In this document: positions 1 to 12,604 of the stretch, piece by piece
Layout of the letters: every line of letters starts with the position of its first letter
Position numbering within the stretch: the stretch's first letter is position 1
Assembly: GCF_009914755.1 (NCBI RefSeq)
Contig: NC_060931.1
DNA: 64,000 nucleotides
Strand: one strand, 5' to 3'
Source of the DNA: the human T2T-CHM13v2.0 reference genome, Homo sapiens
Position numbers and translations under genes: made by a program
The notes under the pieces: model-generated
Databases searched by the model: none
What the model was told of the DNA's origin: nothing
What the model saw: the letters and a program-made list of their open reading frames with translations, nothing else

Positions 1-861
1 GTCAAACCTACATCTTAGGAAGATCCCTGGGGTGTTTGTATGGTGGACTTGCAATTTGACTAATTGAGATTTGTAGGATGATTCTTAAGAGATGATGATG
101 ACCCAGACTGGGATCACTATAATAGAGTTGGTAAGGAGGAGAATGATTTAAAAAGTAGTTGGAAGAATTCTAGGGATGGAGATAAACATTTGAAAATTAT
201 TAACTTATAGGTGGTCATCAATACCCTGAAAATGACTGGGATCTCAGAGGAGAGTCTGGAGAGTTGGAAATGACAAAGACTAATATTCAAGGGGGCAGGA
301 AGAGGGAGAGTTGTTCACACATGACAATAGGAAGAAATGGCCATAGAGTGTGTGGTTTCTCTCAAGCCAAGGAATAGATGTTTTAAGAAAGGAAAATTCT
401 TGTGGTGGGAAGCAGTAGAGATGACAGATACACATTAATTTCTTGAGATTTCTAGATGACTAAATGGGCAGATGTTGAATGATAGCTAAAGGAGAACCCA
501 GAAACAAGGGAGGGATTTTGTTTTTGTTTTTTAAAAAAGATAGACCATAGCAGCTTCATAGACTGAAACAATAAAAAAGTTGAAGGCACAAAGAAAGACA
601 CAGGTCCTCTAACTCCCTGCCCAGTGCCCTTTATTCATATTCTCAGCACTTGTATTTCTAAGTTTTATGTTTGAGTCTTCGGGGATACATCAGAGTAGTC
701 CCCCTTGTCTAATAAATGTGTTTACATTTCCTGCCATACCAGAAACCCTTCTCAAACTTTAATGAATTTCTACAAGGTGAGATTACTTTAATGAGAAACC
801 AACCAAGGAAAGGAGTATCATCTGCAATATACTTTCAAATGTTTTTTGCTTGTTTGTTTCT

Positions 862-1395
862 TGTCCAGCTAAAAAAAAAAAAAAAAAACAAGCCATTGGT
901 CCTAACACAACTTTCATATTCTACCCCAATATCAAAGAGGCTTAAAATCTCCTGGTCGTGTGATGGGCACACAGTTAATTTTTTGTGAACAAACACAGTG
1001 TTATGGGCCATTTCTGAATTTATCTCTGAAATCATAAGATTCTTTCTGAGCCATTATCTCATTCTATATTACAGTCAGGTGGAGCCCATCTTACCTCCTC
1101 ATACTAAATTCTAGACTTCTCAAGGGCAGGAGACAATCATCTGTATATCTCTTTGGCCTTCATACACTCAGGAGTACTTGCCAAAAATAAACATTTAATG
1201 CACATTTATTTGAATAATTGATAAGATCCAATACTTCAATAACTTTGTCATATTTTTATAGAATGGGTTTCTATATCTCATTTGCATTTTCAAACTTTAC
1301 TTTTACTGTCTAGCTTTAAAAAAAAAGCCTTTGACTCTAATACAGCCCTCATATTCTACCCCAATATCTAAGAGGCTTTATATCTCCTAGTGTTG
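862..1395 (+). repeat. Diverged ~90-100 bp direct duplication (copies ~862-960 and ~1307-1395) in CFTR intron 24
   Basis: Both copies read tgtc(c/t)agct-A run-agcc...tcatattctaccccaatatc(a/t)aagaggctt...atctcct(g/a)gt. Confidence 0.85.
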
Positions 1396-2042
1396 TACCA
1401 CTATTTTAACTCCAGTATTTTTTACTTCATAGTTTTACCTATTTGTTACAGTTAGTTTTTATGAATTCAAGAGATGAATAGCAATTTTCCATATGTAATT
1501 TAAAAAACCCCACAGTTGACTATTTTATGCTATCTTTTGTCCTCAGTCATGACAGAGTAGAAGATGGGAGGTAGCACCAAGGATGATGTCATACCTCCAT
1601 CCTTTATGCTACATTCTATCTTCTGTCTACATAAGATGTCATACTAGAGGGCATATCTGCAATGTATACATATTATCTTTTCCAGCATGCATTCAGTTGT
1701 GTTGGAATAATTTATGTACACCTTTATAAACGCTGAGCCTCACAAGAGCCATGTGCCACGTATTGTTTTCTTACTACTTTTTGGGATACCTGGCACGTAA
1801 TAGACACTCATTGAAAGTTTCCTAATGAATGAAGTACAAAGATAAAACAAGTTATAGACTGATTCTTTTGAGCTGTCAAGGTTGTAAATAGACTTTTGCT
1901 CAATCAATTCAAATGGTGGCAGGTAGTGGGGGTAGAGGGATTGGTATGAAAAACATAAGCTTTCAGAACTCCTGTGTTTATTTTTAGAATGTCAACTGCT
2001 TGAGTGTTTTTAACTCTGTGGTATCTGAACTATCTTCTCTAA

Positions 2043-2222
<180 letters not shown>

Positions 2223-2739
2223 TGAGTTTCAGATGTTCTGTTACTTAATAGCACAGTGGGAACAGAATCATTATGCCTGCTTCATGGTGACACATATTTC
2301 TATTAGGCTGTCATGTCTGCGTGTGGGGGTCTCCCCCAAGATATGAAATAATTGCCCAGTGGAAATGAGCATAAATGCATATTTCCTTGCTAAGAGTCTT
2401 GTGTTTTCTTCCGAAGATAGTTTTTAGTTTCATACAAACTCTTCCCCCTTGTCAACACATGATGAAGCTTTTAAATACATGGGCCTAATCTGATCCTTAT
2501 GATTTGCCTTTGTATCCCATTTATACCATAAGCATGTTTATAGCCCCAAATAAAGAAGTACTGGTGATTCTACATAATGAAAAATGTACTCATTTATTAA
2601 AGTTTCTTTGAAATATTTGTCCTGTTTATTTATGGATACTTAGAGTCTACCCCATGGTTGAAAAGCTGATTGTGGCTAACGCTATATCAACATTATGTGA
2701 AAAGAACTTAAAGAAATAAGTAATTTAAAGAGATAATAG

Positions 2740-2946
<207 letters not shown>

Positions 2947-3385
2947 TAAGATCTCATTGCCCTTGTAATTCTTGATAACAATCTCACATGTGATAGTTCC
3001 TGCAAATTGCAACAATGTACAAGTTCTTTTCAAAAATATGTATCATACAGCCATCCAGCTTTACTCAAAATAGCTGCACAAGTTTTTCACTTTGATCTGA
3101 GCCATGTGGTGAGGTTGAAATATAGTAAATCTAAAATGGCAGCATATTACTAAGTTATGTTTATAAATAGGATATATATACTTTTTGAGCCCTTTATTTG
3201 GGGACCAAGTCATACAAAATACTCTACTGTTTAAGATTTTAAAAAAGGTCCCTGTGATTCTTTCAATAACTAAATGTCCCATGGATGTGGTCTGGGACAG
3301 GCCTAGTTGTCTTACAGTCTGATTTATGGTATTAATGACAAAGTTGAGAGGCACATTTCATTTTTCTAGCCATGATTTGGGTTCA

Positions 3386-3571
<186 letters not shown>

Positions 3572-4268
3572 AAAACTGTCACAGCTTCTTTCAAGTGATG
3601 TTTACAAATTCCCTATGGTTTAGTCACAAGGAAGTTCTGAGGATGATGTATCACGTCATTTCTGTTCAGGCTTTTGAGCCTCCTGGAGGTAAATGGTTTC
3701 CTTACTGAAGGCTTGTTATTACCATGATTATCACTAAGCTTGAAGTAACAAATTAGGGGGGCAGACTCACAACCTCTTGCCCTGCCATGGACAAGTTCAA
3801 GAATCTAAGTAAAGTCCTCTATTGTCTGATCTTGGATTTGCTCAACCTGAACAAGCCAAGGAGGTGTATTAAACTCAGGCACATCCTGACCAATTTGGAA
3901 TTCTTAAGCTTCAGATCACTGTGGAAGAGGCTCAACTCTTTATGGTGCTGTAGACTTACGCTCATTTTCTAGGTAATTTATAAGGGACCTAATATTTTGT
4001 TTTCAAAGCAACTTCAGTTCTACTAAACCTCCCTGAAGAATCTTCCAGCTGCTGAGTAGAAAATCACAACTAATTTCACAGATGGTAGAACCTCCTTAGA
4101 GCAAAAGGACACAGCAGTTAAATGTGACATACCTGATTGTTCAAAATGCAAGGCTCTGGACATTGCATTCTTTGACTTTTATTTTCCTTTGAGCCTGTGC
4201 CAGTTTCTGTCCCTGCTCTGGTCTGACCTGCCTTCTGTCCCAGATCTCACTAACAGCCATTTCCCTAG

Positions 4269-4469
<201 letters not shown>

Positions 4470-4501
4470 AGAGCAGCATAAATGTTGACATGGGACATTT
4501 G

Positions 4502-4563
4502 CTCATGGAATTGGAGCTCGTGGGACAGTCACCTCATGGAATTGGAGCTCGTGGAACAGTTAC
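4502..4563 (+). repeat. 31-bp tandem duplication in proximal CFTR 3'UTR
   Basis: ctcatggaattggagctcgtgggacagtcac / ctcatggaattggagctcgtggaacagttac (2 mismatches). Confidence 0.95.
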
Positions 4564-4895
4564 CTCTGCCTCAGAAAACAAGGATGAATTAAGTTTTTTT
4601 TTAAAAAAGAAACATTTGGTAAGGGGAATTGAGGACACTGATATGGGTCTTGATAAATGGCTTCCTGGCAATAGTCAAATTGTGTGAAAGGTACTTCAAA
4701 TCCTTGAAGATTTACCACTTGTGTTTTGCAAGCCAGATTTTCCTGAAAACCCTTGCCATGTGCTAGTAATTGGAAAGGCAGCTCTAAATGTCAATCAGCC
4801 TAGTTGATCAGCTTATTGTCTAGTGAAACTCGTTAATTTGTAGTGTTGGAGAAGAACTGAAATCATACTTCTTAGGGTTATGATTAAGTAATGAT

Positions 4896-4903
4896 AACTG
4901 GAA
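4896..4903 (+). promoter_or_regulatory. miR-145-5p 8mer seed site (AACTGGAA)
   Basis: Exact complement of the miR-145 seed plus A1. miR-145 is an established CFTR 3'UTR regulator. Confidence 0.8.
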
Positions 4904-5524
4904 ACTTCAGCGGTTTATATAAGCTTGTATTCCTTTTTCTCTCCTCTCCCCATGATGTTTAGAAACACAACTATATTGTTTGCTAAGCATTCCAACTATC
5001 TCATTTCCAAGCAAGTATTAGAATACCACAGGAACCACAAGACTGCACATCAAAATATGCCCCATTCAACATCTAGTGAGCAGTCAGGAAAGAGAACTTC
5101 CAGATCCTGGAAATCAGGGTTAGTATTGTCCAGGTCTACCAAAAATCTCAATATTTCAGATAATCACAATACATCCCTTACCTGGGAAAGGGCTGTTATA
5201 ATCTTTCACAGGGGACAGGATGGTTCCCTTGATGAAGAAGTTGATATGCCTTTTCCCAACTCCAGAAAGTGACAAGCTCACAGACCTTTGAACTAGAGTT
5301 TAGCTGGAAAAGTATGTTAGTGCAAATTGTCACAGGACAGCCCTTCTTTCCACAGAAGCTCCAGGTAGAGGGTGTGTAAGTAGATAGGCCATGGGCACTG
5401 TGGGTAGACACACATGAAGTCCAAGCATTTAGATGTATAGGTTGATGGTGGTATGTTTTCAGGCTAGATGTATGTACTTCATGCTGTCTACACTAAGAGA
5501 GAATGAGAGACACACTGAAGAAGC

Positions 5525-5532
5525 ACCAATCA
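5525..5532 (+). promoter_or_regulatory. miR-509-3p 8mer seed site (ACCAATCA)
   Basis: Seed complement seen in sequence; reported CFTR regulator. Confidence 0.65.
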
Positions 5533-5608
5533 TGAATTAGTTTTATATGCTTCTGTTTTATAATTTTGTGAAGCAAAATTTTTTCTCTAGGAAATATTTA
5601 TTTTAATA

Positions 5609-5616
5609 ATGTTTCA
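5609..5616 (+). promoter_or_regulatory. miR-494-3p 8mer seed site (ATGTTTCA)
   Basis: Seed complement in an AU-rich segment; established CFTR regulator. Confidence 0.8.
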
Positions 5617-5943
5617 AACATATATAACAATGCTGTATTTTAAAAGAATGATTATGAATTACATTTGTATAAAATAATTTTTATATTTGAAATATTGACT
5701 TTTTATGGCACTAGTATTTCTATGAAATATTATGTTAAAACTGGGACAGGGGAGAACCTAGGGTGATATTAACCAGGGGCCATGAATCACCTTTTGGTCT
5801 GGAGGGAAGCCTTGGGGCTGATGCAGTTGTTGCCCACAGCTGTATGATTCCCAGCCAGCACAGCCTCTTAGATGCAGTTCTGAAGAAGATGGTACCACCA
5901 GTCTGACTGTTTCCATCAAGGGTACACTGCCTTCTCAACTCCA

Positions 5944-5950
5944 AACTGAC
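5944..5950 (+). promoter_or_regulatory. miR-223-3p 7mer-m8 seed site (AACTGAC)
   Basis: Seed complement; reported CFTR regulator. Confidence 0.7.
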
Positions 5951-5976
5951 TCTTAAGAAGACTGCATTATATTTAT

Positions 5977-5983
5977 TACTGTA
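5977..5983 (+). promoter_or_regulatory. miR-101/miR-144 7mer-A1 seed site (TACTGTA)
   Basis: Seed complement ending 18 nt upstream of AATAAA; reported CFTR regulators. Confidence 0.75.
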
Positions 5984-6000
5984 AGAAAATATCACTTGTC

Positions 6001-6006
6001 AATAAA
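6001..6006 (+). terminator. CFTR: CFTR polyadenylation signal AATAAA
   Basis: Canonical hexamer with a downstream TG/T-rich tract at ~6017-6038. Confidence 0.92.
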
Positions 6007-6174
6007 ATCCATACATTTGTGTGAAACTTTGTTGTTTTCAGATGCGTTCACTTGTCATGTTTCATCAGTCTCTCACTCCAATTTCTAAGCTTCATGGAAC
6101 ATGAAACACGAATCTGTCTTTTAGATATAGCCTCTTTTGAGAATTCACATGAATTAGAACACACATTTTTAGTT

Positions 6175-7010
6175 ATCTGTTTAAACTATGGTAAAATATA
6201 CATAACATAAAATTTTCCATTTTAACCATTTTAAAGTTCAGTTCAGTGTCATTAGGTACATTCACATGGTTGTGCAAATATCACCATCATCCTTCCACAG
6301 AATTTTTTTCTTGCAAAACTGAAACTCTTTTTACCCGTTAGTCAATAATCCCGCATTTATCTTTCCTCTAATGCCTGGCAACCACCATTTTACTTTCTGT
6401 CTCTGATTTTGACTACTCGAAGGACCTAGGAGTGGGATCATACAGTATTTGTATTTTTGTGCTTATTTCATCTAGCATAATGTCTTCAAGCCTCATCCAT
6501 GTTGCAACATGGGTCAATTTTCTTCCTTCTTAAGGTTGAATAATATTCATTATAGAGTAGTCCCCCCTTATCCTTGGGGAATATGTTCCAAGACCCCCAA
6601 TGGATGCCTGAAATCACTGATAGCACTGAACCTGATTACTGTGTTTATTCCTATACATACACACATACATATGATAACATTTAATTTATAAATTAAGCAC
6701 AGTAATAGATTAACAACAATAATCATAAAATAGAACAATTATAACAATATATTATGACACGAGCGATACAAATGTGGTCTCTCTCTTTCTCAAAATATCT
6801 CATTATACTGTGCCACAGGTAACTGAAACCACAGAGAGCAAAACCTTGGATAGGGGGACCACTCTATAAATATGTACCACATTTTTCCTCACCCATTCAT
6901 CCATCACTGGCTACTTGGTTTGCTTCCACTTTTTGGATATAGTGAATAATGCTTCTATAAATATGGGTGTACAAATGTTTCTTCATGTCCCTGCTTTCAT
7001 TACTTAGGAT
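6175..7010 (-). mobile_element. Old L1 (L1MB-like) 3' fragment, interrupted by MER2
   Basis: Typical antisense L1M 3'UTR text (ccattttaaccattttaaag, ctggcaaccaccattttactttctgtctc). Boundaries approximate. Confidence 0.7.
6555..6864. mobile_element. MER2-like Tigger MITE (TcMar)
   Basis: TIRs gagtagtccccccttatcc / ggatagggggaccactc with TA target duplications on both sides. Confidence 0.85.
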
Positions 7011-7419
7011 ATGTTTGAAGTTATTTTTATTTTTAAATGGAGGCTTATAGAACACAAAAGATTTATATTCTGCAAGTGTCCATCTATTTCTTTTAAAGCT
7101 TATTCAAAAAGTGGTAGCTATCTCATAGCTCTTGGTAAGTTAAAAATCTTCATCAACGAAAATACTATTTCTGCGTTGGCACCTGCATGGATTTTCTTTG
7201 TCCAAATCCCTCTTTTTAATTGATGAGGCTTCTTTAGTTCCTTTTTTTCTTCCTTGTTGAGCTTCTTCATGAAATGTGCAGTTGCTAGCATGTGGTGGAC
7301 GGACTGCAGATCCCTACTGAATGCCAGGCCCTCCGGCCCTGTGTTCTCTTTCTTGGAGAGGTTTGTTTTCACACGTAACCCCAAGAGGGCAGTCTCAGAG
7401 CGTGTTCTAGTCTAGTTCT

Positions 7420-9135
7420 TTTTTTAAAATTACTAAACTTTATTTTTTTTAGGGCAGTTTTAGGTTCCCATCAAAATTGAACAAAAAGTATGGAGAGTTC
7501 ACATATAACTTCTCCATACATGATAGCCTCCCCCATTCAACATCCCACACTAAAGTAGTACATTTGTTACAACTGTGAAAGCAAATAGAATTTCAAGACC
7601 CCAAGCTCACTATGCCAAAGGGCAAGTTAAGCTTCAGAGCTGAATTACTCAATATTGCCTTCCTTTTGTTCCCTAACAGCCGTAACTTCACAATCTTGTG
7701 TGATAGCCTCATCCATAAACCAGGTTCCCACAATGATAGAAGGCCACATATCTCCCCAAATGACCTCCCTCACAATTGTGCCCAAGGAAAATCCTTGTGA
7801 GACCCTATCTTTTAGGATACATATCCCTCCTATAAAATAGCCCTAAAACTGAGTTATGTTGAATTTCACCCTGATGATGTCAATTACCAGCTTGTCTTCA
7901 TAGGCACAGGACGTGGGCAAGACCAGAAATCATCGTGCTGTCTACCCTGCAATGAACACATAATTGACTTTTCCTTTACTCCCTCTTTTTACCTATAAAA
8001 TTTGGATTTACTGAACACTAACCAAAGCCTCCCCTGAATAGAACCATTTGCCTCACTGCCTACCCTCTATCCTCTTTTCCTTCTCCGTGTTTGCACTTTA
8101 CTCTTTAAATATTAAAGTTCCCAAACCCTCTTTGGAAAAGCACAGGTCACAGATGCTCCTCTGGCTTGTGTTCTTCCTGGGTGCATCTGCAAACTTTGGC
8201 TAAACAAACCTCTATCGATTAAGACACCTGCCTCAGTCACTTTTTCCTTAACACAACCAATGAACCTACATTGACACATTATTATTGCCCAAACACAATA
8301 GTTTATATTAGGGTTCATTATTGGTATTTTACATTTCATGGGTTTGGACAAATGTGTAATGACAAGTTAACTACCATTACAGTATCTTACAGGGTAGTTT
8401 CACTGCCCAAAAAATACTTTGTGCTCTGCATATTCATTCCCCTTTCTCCCCTAACTTTTGGCAACCACTGACCTTTTTATTGTCTCCATAGTTTTGCCTT
8501 TACCAGAATGTCATCTACTTAGAATTACGCAGTATGTGGCCTTTTCAGATTGGCTTCTTTCACTTAGTAATATGCATTTAAGTTTCCTCCGTATCTTTTC
8601 ATGGCTTGATAGCTCATTTCTTTTTAGTGCTGAATTATATTCTATTGTCAGATGTACCACAGTTTATTCATTGACCTACTAAAGGACATCTTGGTTGCTT
8701 CAACGTTTTGGCAATTTTCAATAAAGCTGCTGAAACATCTGTGTGTGGGTTTTTGTGTAAATATAAGTTTTAATTTCTTTGGGTAAGTACCAAGGAGTTC
8801 AATTGTTGGATCATATAGTAAAAGATGTTTCGTTTTGTAAGAAACTGCCAAACTGTCTTCAAAGTGGCTGTACCATTTTGCAGTCCCACCAGTAACGAAT
8901 GGGAGTTGTGGTTGCTCCTTATCATTGCCAGCATTTGGTGTCCTCGGCGTTTTAGAATTTGGCCATTCTAATAGTTTTGTGGTGGTATCTCATTGTTATT
9001 TCAATTTGCATTTCCCTGATGACATGATGTGGAGTATGTTTTCATATGCTTATTTGCCAGCTGTGTATCTTTTTTGGCAAGGCATCTGTTAAGGTCTTTG
9101 GCCCGTGTTTTGATCAGGTTGTGTCTTGTTGTTGA
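7420..9135 (-). mobile_element. Old L1 (L1MA/MB-like) 3' fragment, interrupted by an LTR
   Basis: Antisense L1M 3' text whose flanks rejoin across the LTR (catttgttacaac|caatgaacctacattgacaca). Confidence 0.75.
7574..8253 (+). mobile_element. ERV1 solo LTR (MER39/MER34 group)
   Basis: TG...CA ends, perfect 4-bp TSD CAAC and internal TATA-like cctataaaa. Confidence 0.8.
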
Positions 9136-10376
9136 GTTCCTTTACTGGATTTCTTTTGTTAGCATGGTATAACTTTATCCATCCCTTTATTAATCTACCT
9201 GGGGCTTTAAATTTAACTAGGTTTCTTATAGACATCATGTAAGTCTTGCTTTTTGATTCACTCTCACAATCTTTGTTTTTTAGCTCTTGACATTTAAAAT
9301 GATTATTGATATAATTGGATTAATATCTACCATATTTATTCCTGTTTTCTGTTTGTTTCCTTTGTTCTTTATTCCTATTTTTACTTTCCCCATTTTTTTG
9401 CCTTTTTAAATTTTATTGAGCATTTTACAGGACTCTATTTTCTCACCTTCTTAACATAGCAATTCTTCTTTTTTTAAACTTTTTTAGTGGTTGCCCTACA
9501 GTTTGCAATAAACATTTACAAGTGACCTATGTGCCTTTAAATAACAATATTCCATTTCATATCAGTGCAAGTACCTTAAATTACAAATTTCTAGCTTCTG
9601 TCCCTTTTACCATTTCAGGTATTCATTTCATTTATATATTAGCTTATATATATCCCTACACTTGATTTTTCCTCATATGAGATTTTCTTTCCTCTTTCCC
9701 ATTTAAAAAAATAAAATAAACTATTATAGCCACAGACTTTCTATTTTTATTTGTTTTCTGTATTGAAGTCTTGATTTTGGGGCTTTACTTGTCCCTGTCT
9801 ATGCCCACTCCTATCTGACACACACTTTCTTAATTTATTTCCTAGTTGTTTCACTTTGTTTATCTTCATTATGAGGAAAAAAAGCCAAAACCTGAAATGA
9901 ATATGCTTCCTTCCAGTAACCAGGGACCTTCCATGGTTGGGAAATTGTTACCTATTCGAGTGAAAGGCTAATAAAACCCCCAAGGTAAATATTTTAGTAC
10001 TTCACTAAAGAAAGAACCTCAAATACTATGTGGAAGACAATTTAAAATGAGGTTTAAAGAGCTCAATATAAAAACCTGTTTGACCTGTTAAAACAGGTGT
10101 GGACAATCACAATTCCCTATTTAAAAATACAGTGAAAAAACCTACAAATGCAAGACAAATACATTGGAGCATGAGAACTCCAAATTGTTAGGTTAGGAAT
10201 TAGAAGCTGTTCCCAGTGTGTAGAGCTAAGAGACCCAAGTCATTGTCAGTTGACAGGGAGCCGGGACTCAATACCTGTGTACTTTCTCAGAGAAAGGAGA
10301 GGTCTTGGCAAAATTTTGGGTTTATCCTTAATTCCATACAATGGGAATATTCAATTGCTCTTTAATCACTCAGTAT

Positions 10377-11219
10377 TGATAGGGACAGGGGGCAGAGAAA
10401 TTCTAGGCAGAAAAGGGCGGGACCCTGGTGAAACCCCACCCTCAATCCGAAAAACCTGAAACTGCCACCGAAAGTGAGAACTTCTATCCCTGTTTTCCCA
10501 CTCGAATGTTGCCTTTTTCTAAACTACCCGTGGCCTGCTCCACCCCCATCCTTTGCCTATAAAAACCCCAGACTCAGTTGGTAGATGGGACTATAACTGG
10601 ACATTGGAGAGAAGTGGCTTGACTTCAGAGCGACAGCTTGACAGCATACTTTGGAGAAGAATCTGAGAGGAGAAGGCAAGACTTCAGGGGAAGATTACCT
10701 ATCTGCCCTGTCCCCTGTTCAGCTCTATTTCCCACTGAAAGCCACTTTCATCAGCAATAAAATCCCTCATTTACCATCCTTCAATTCGTTCATGTGACCT
10801 CATTTTTTCTGGACGCCAGACAAGAGCTTGGAGGCCACGAGTATGGATACAAAAGGCTGTCACACTGGCTGTTTGCCCTTGCTGGTGGAGGGCAGCTGCC
10901 TCACATGAAAAGGCAAAGAGCTCACTGAGCTGTTAACACTTAAGCCTTCCGCAGACGGCAGAGCTGAAAGAGCACTGCAACACACCCTCTGGGCCTCAGG
11001 CTCTCAGGCACTCCTACCTGGTTGCGCCGCTGGGCCCGCACAGAGTTTGCTACTGCCGGCACCTGAAAGCGGTTGGCTGGTTCCTGCACTCGCTCGTTCT
11101 GGTTCCTGCACTTATTCATTCGCACGCTCCCTCCCACAAGGGGTAGACGGGGCGGGATGGGTAAATGAGGCACCCCTGTCTCAAGTCCCGTGAAGGCGTC
11201 AGGGAAATAATCTGCTTCA
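10377..11219 (+). mobile_element. ERV1 solo LTR (LTR1/LTR27/LTR28-like)
   Basis: Starts TGATAGGGACAGG and ends CTGCTTCA, near-TSD gtat/gttt. TATAAAA at 10558, AATAAA at 10756, CpG-rich 3' part. Confidence 0.8.
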
Positions 11220-11404
11220 GTTTCTCTAGTTGTAAAATGGTTAAGAACATTATGAAAGGTGGTCAACAACTTTATAAGTGAATATGCTAATGCTGGCCTT
11301 AATTCTAAAATGCTACTTGGATCAAAAGTTATGATTCAGTTCCAATACATCTTCTATTCATTGAAGTACAGAATCTGTACACAAAGTACAATTGTATCTT
11401 CAAA

Positions 11405-11423
11405 AACTGCCACCTTGTGGAGA
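11405..11423 (-). promoter_or_regulatory. CTCF motif, CFTR +6.8 kb insulator site
   Basis: Reverse complement TCTCCACAAGGTGGCAGTT matches the CTCF core CCASYAGRKGGC with one mismatch. Lies ~6.9 kb after the CFTR stop, where a CTCF-bound DHS is established. Confidence 0.85.
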
Positions 11424-12604
11424 TTTGGTTTTATTGTTAAGACAGCCAGTGCCAACAACAGAAATGAGTACAGAGCCTCACATACTAATGTAAGTGAATC
11501 TCAAAGACATTTTATCTTTAAGCCATTTTGAAAAGTAGAAATTAAGCCTGAATAGTTTTGGGGCACAAATTGCTCTTTAACTCTCTTCTTTCCCATTCAC
11601 CTTTGTCACTGATGGAATAATAGAAGGAGCAATCTTTATCAGCAATGGCAGATGTGCTGATAAATGAAACCAAAACTGAATTGACAAATATTGACACAAA
11701 TACTTATAGAAGCAATTTAAAAATCTACCTTGCAATTAATCCTTATGAAATTTAAGTCATAATTTACTAAAAATTATAATATAAAGAAATAAACTTTCTC
11801 TGTTTTATTAAAAGAAAGGATCAATACATTTGGCCACAATTGATTGGCCATAATTTTTGTCAATGTTCTATAAGCTAATTGAAAATAAGACTATTTTAAA
11901 TATAATTATCTCCCTTCTCCTTTGCCTTTTCATTGGCAGCAGGTGCCATGGGCTTATTCATATTCTAAAAGAGAAGTTGTGTGAGCAAATTTGTCATCAT
12001 AGGCAATCCTCTTGTAAGGAAAAAATTATGATTTGATTTTTATTTTCTCTTATCTCCTAATTGGGTCAGATACTCCAGTGTCCTCGGGGAGCCAAACCAG
12101 GAGCCAGTGTGTCCTTACACAAACACAGCTTCCTTCCTGCTTGGAGCTCACACCAAGCATTTGCATTTGAACCAAGCAATGTTGACAGGCTATTGAGCCA
12201 CAGAAGTTAAACATTCCAAGTGAGCCTGAGACGACCATTACATTCTTTTACATTTTCTGGTCGATTAAAATTTTAATTGTTTAAAATTTCAAATAGATAC
12301 AAAAATAGACATAGAGTATAATAAACTTCACACCCCTGTCACTGAACTTCAATAGTTATCAGCTCACAGTCAATCTTATTTCATCTATGCTCCCTCATGC
12401 TTCCCTCCTATATTATTTTGTGCAAATCCAAACAGCATATAACTTTAGCTCTATGTGTCTCTAAAAGACACGGCTTTCTCTATCATTCTTTTTCTTTTGA
12501 AACTGATCCATATTACCTTTACCAGAACTAGAAAAACAGTCATCTTTAATATCCTCAAATATTCACTCCATGTATAAACGTCATTGTCAGTTTTTTCCCA
12601 AATA

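Larger units (their letters stand above)
4470..6026 (+). other. CFTR: CFTR 3'UTR (~1.55 kb)
   Basis: Runs from the stop to about 20 nt past AATAAA at 6001, followed by a GT/T-rich downstream element (ctttgttgtttt). The 3' end is approximate. Confidence 0.93.

Noticed and set aside
4925-5272. 115-aa ORF in the CFTR 3'UTR
   Set aside because: Starts at TTG, has no recognisable domain and lies downstream of the stop; a chance ORF.
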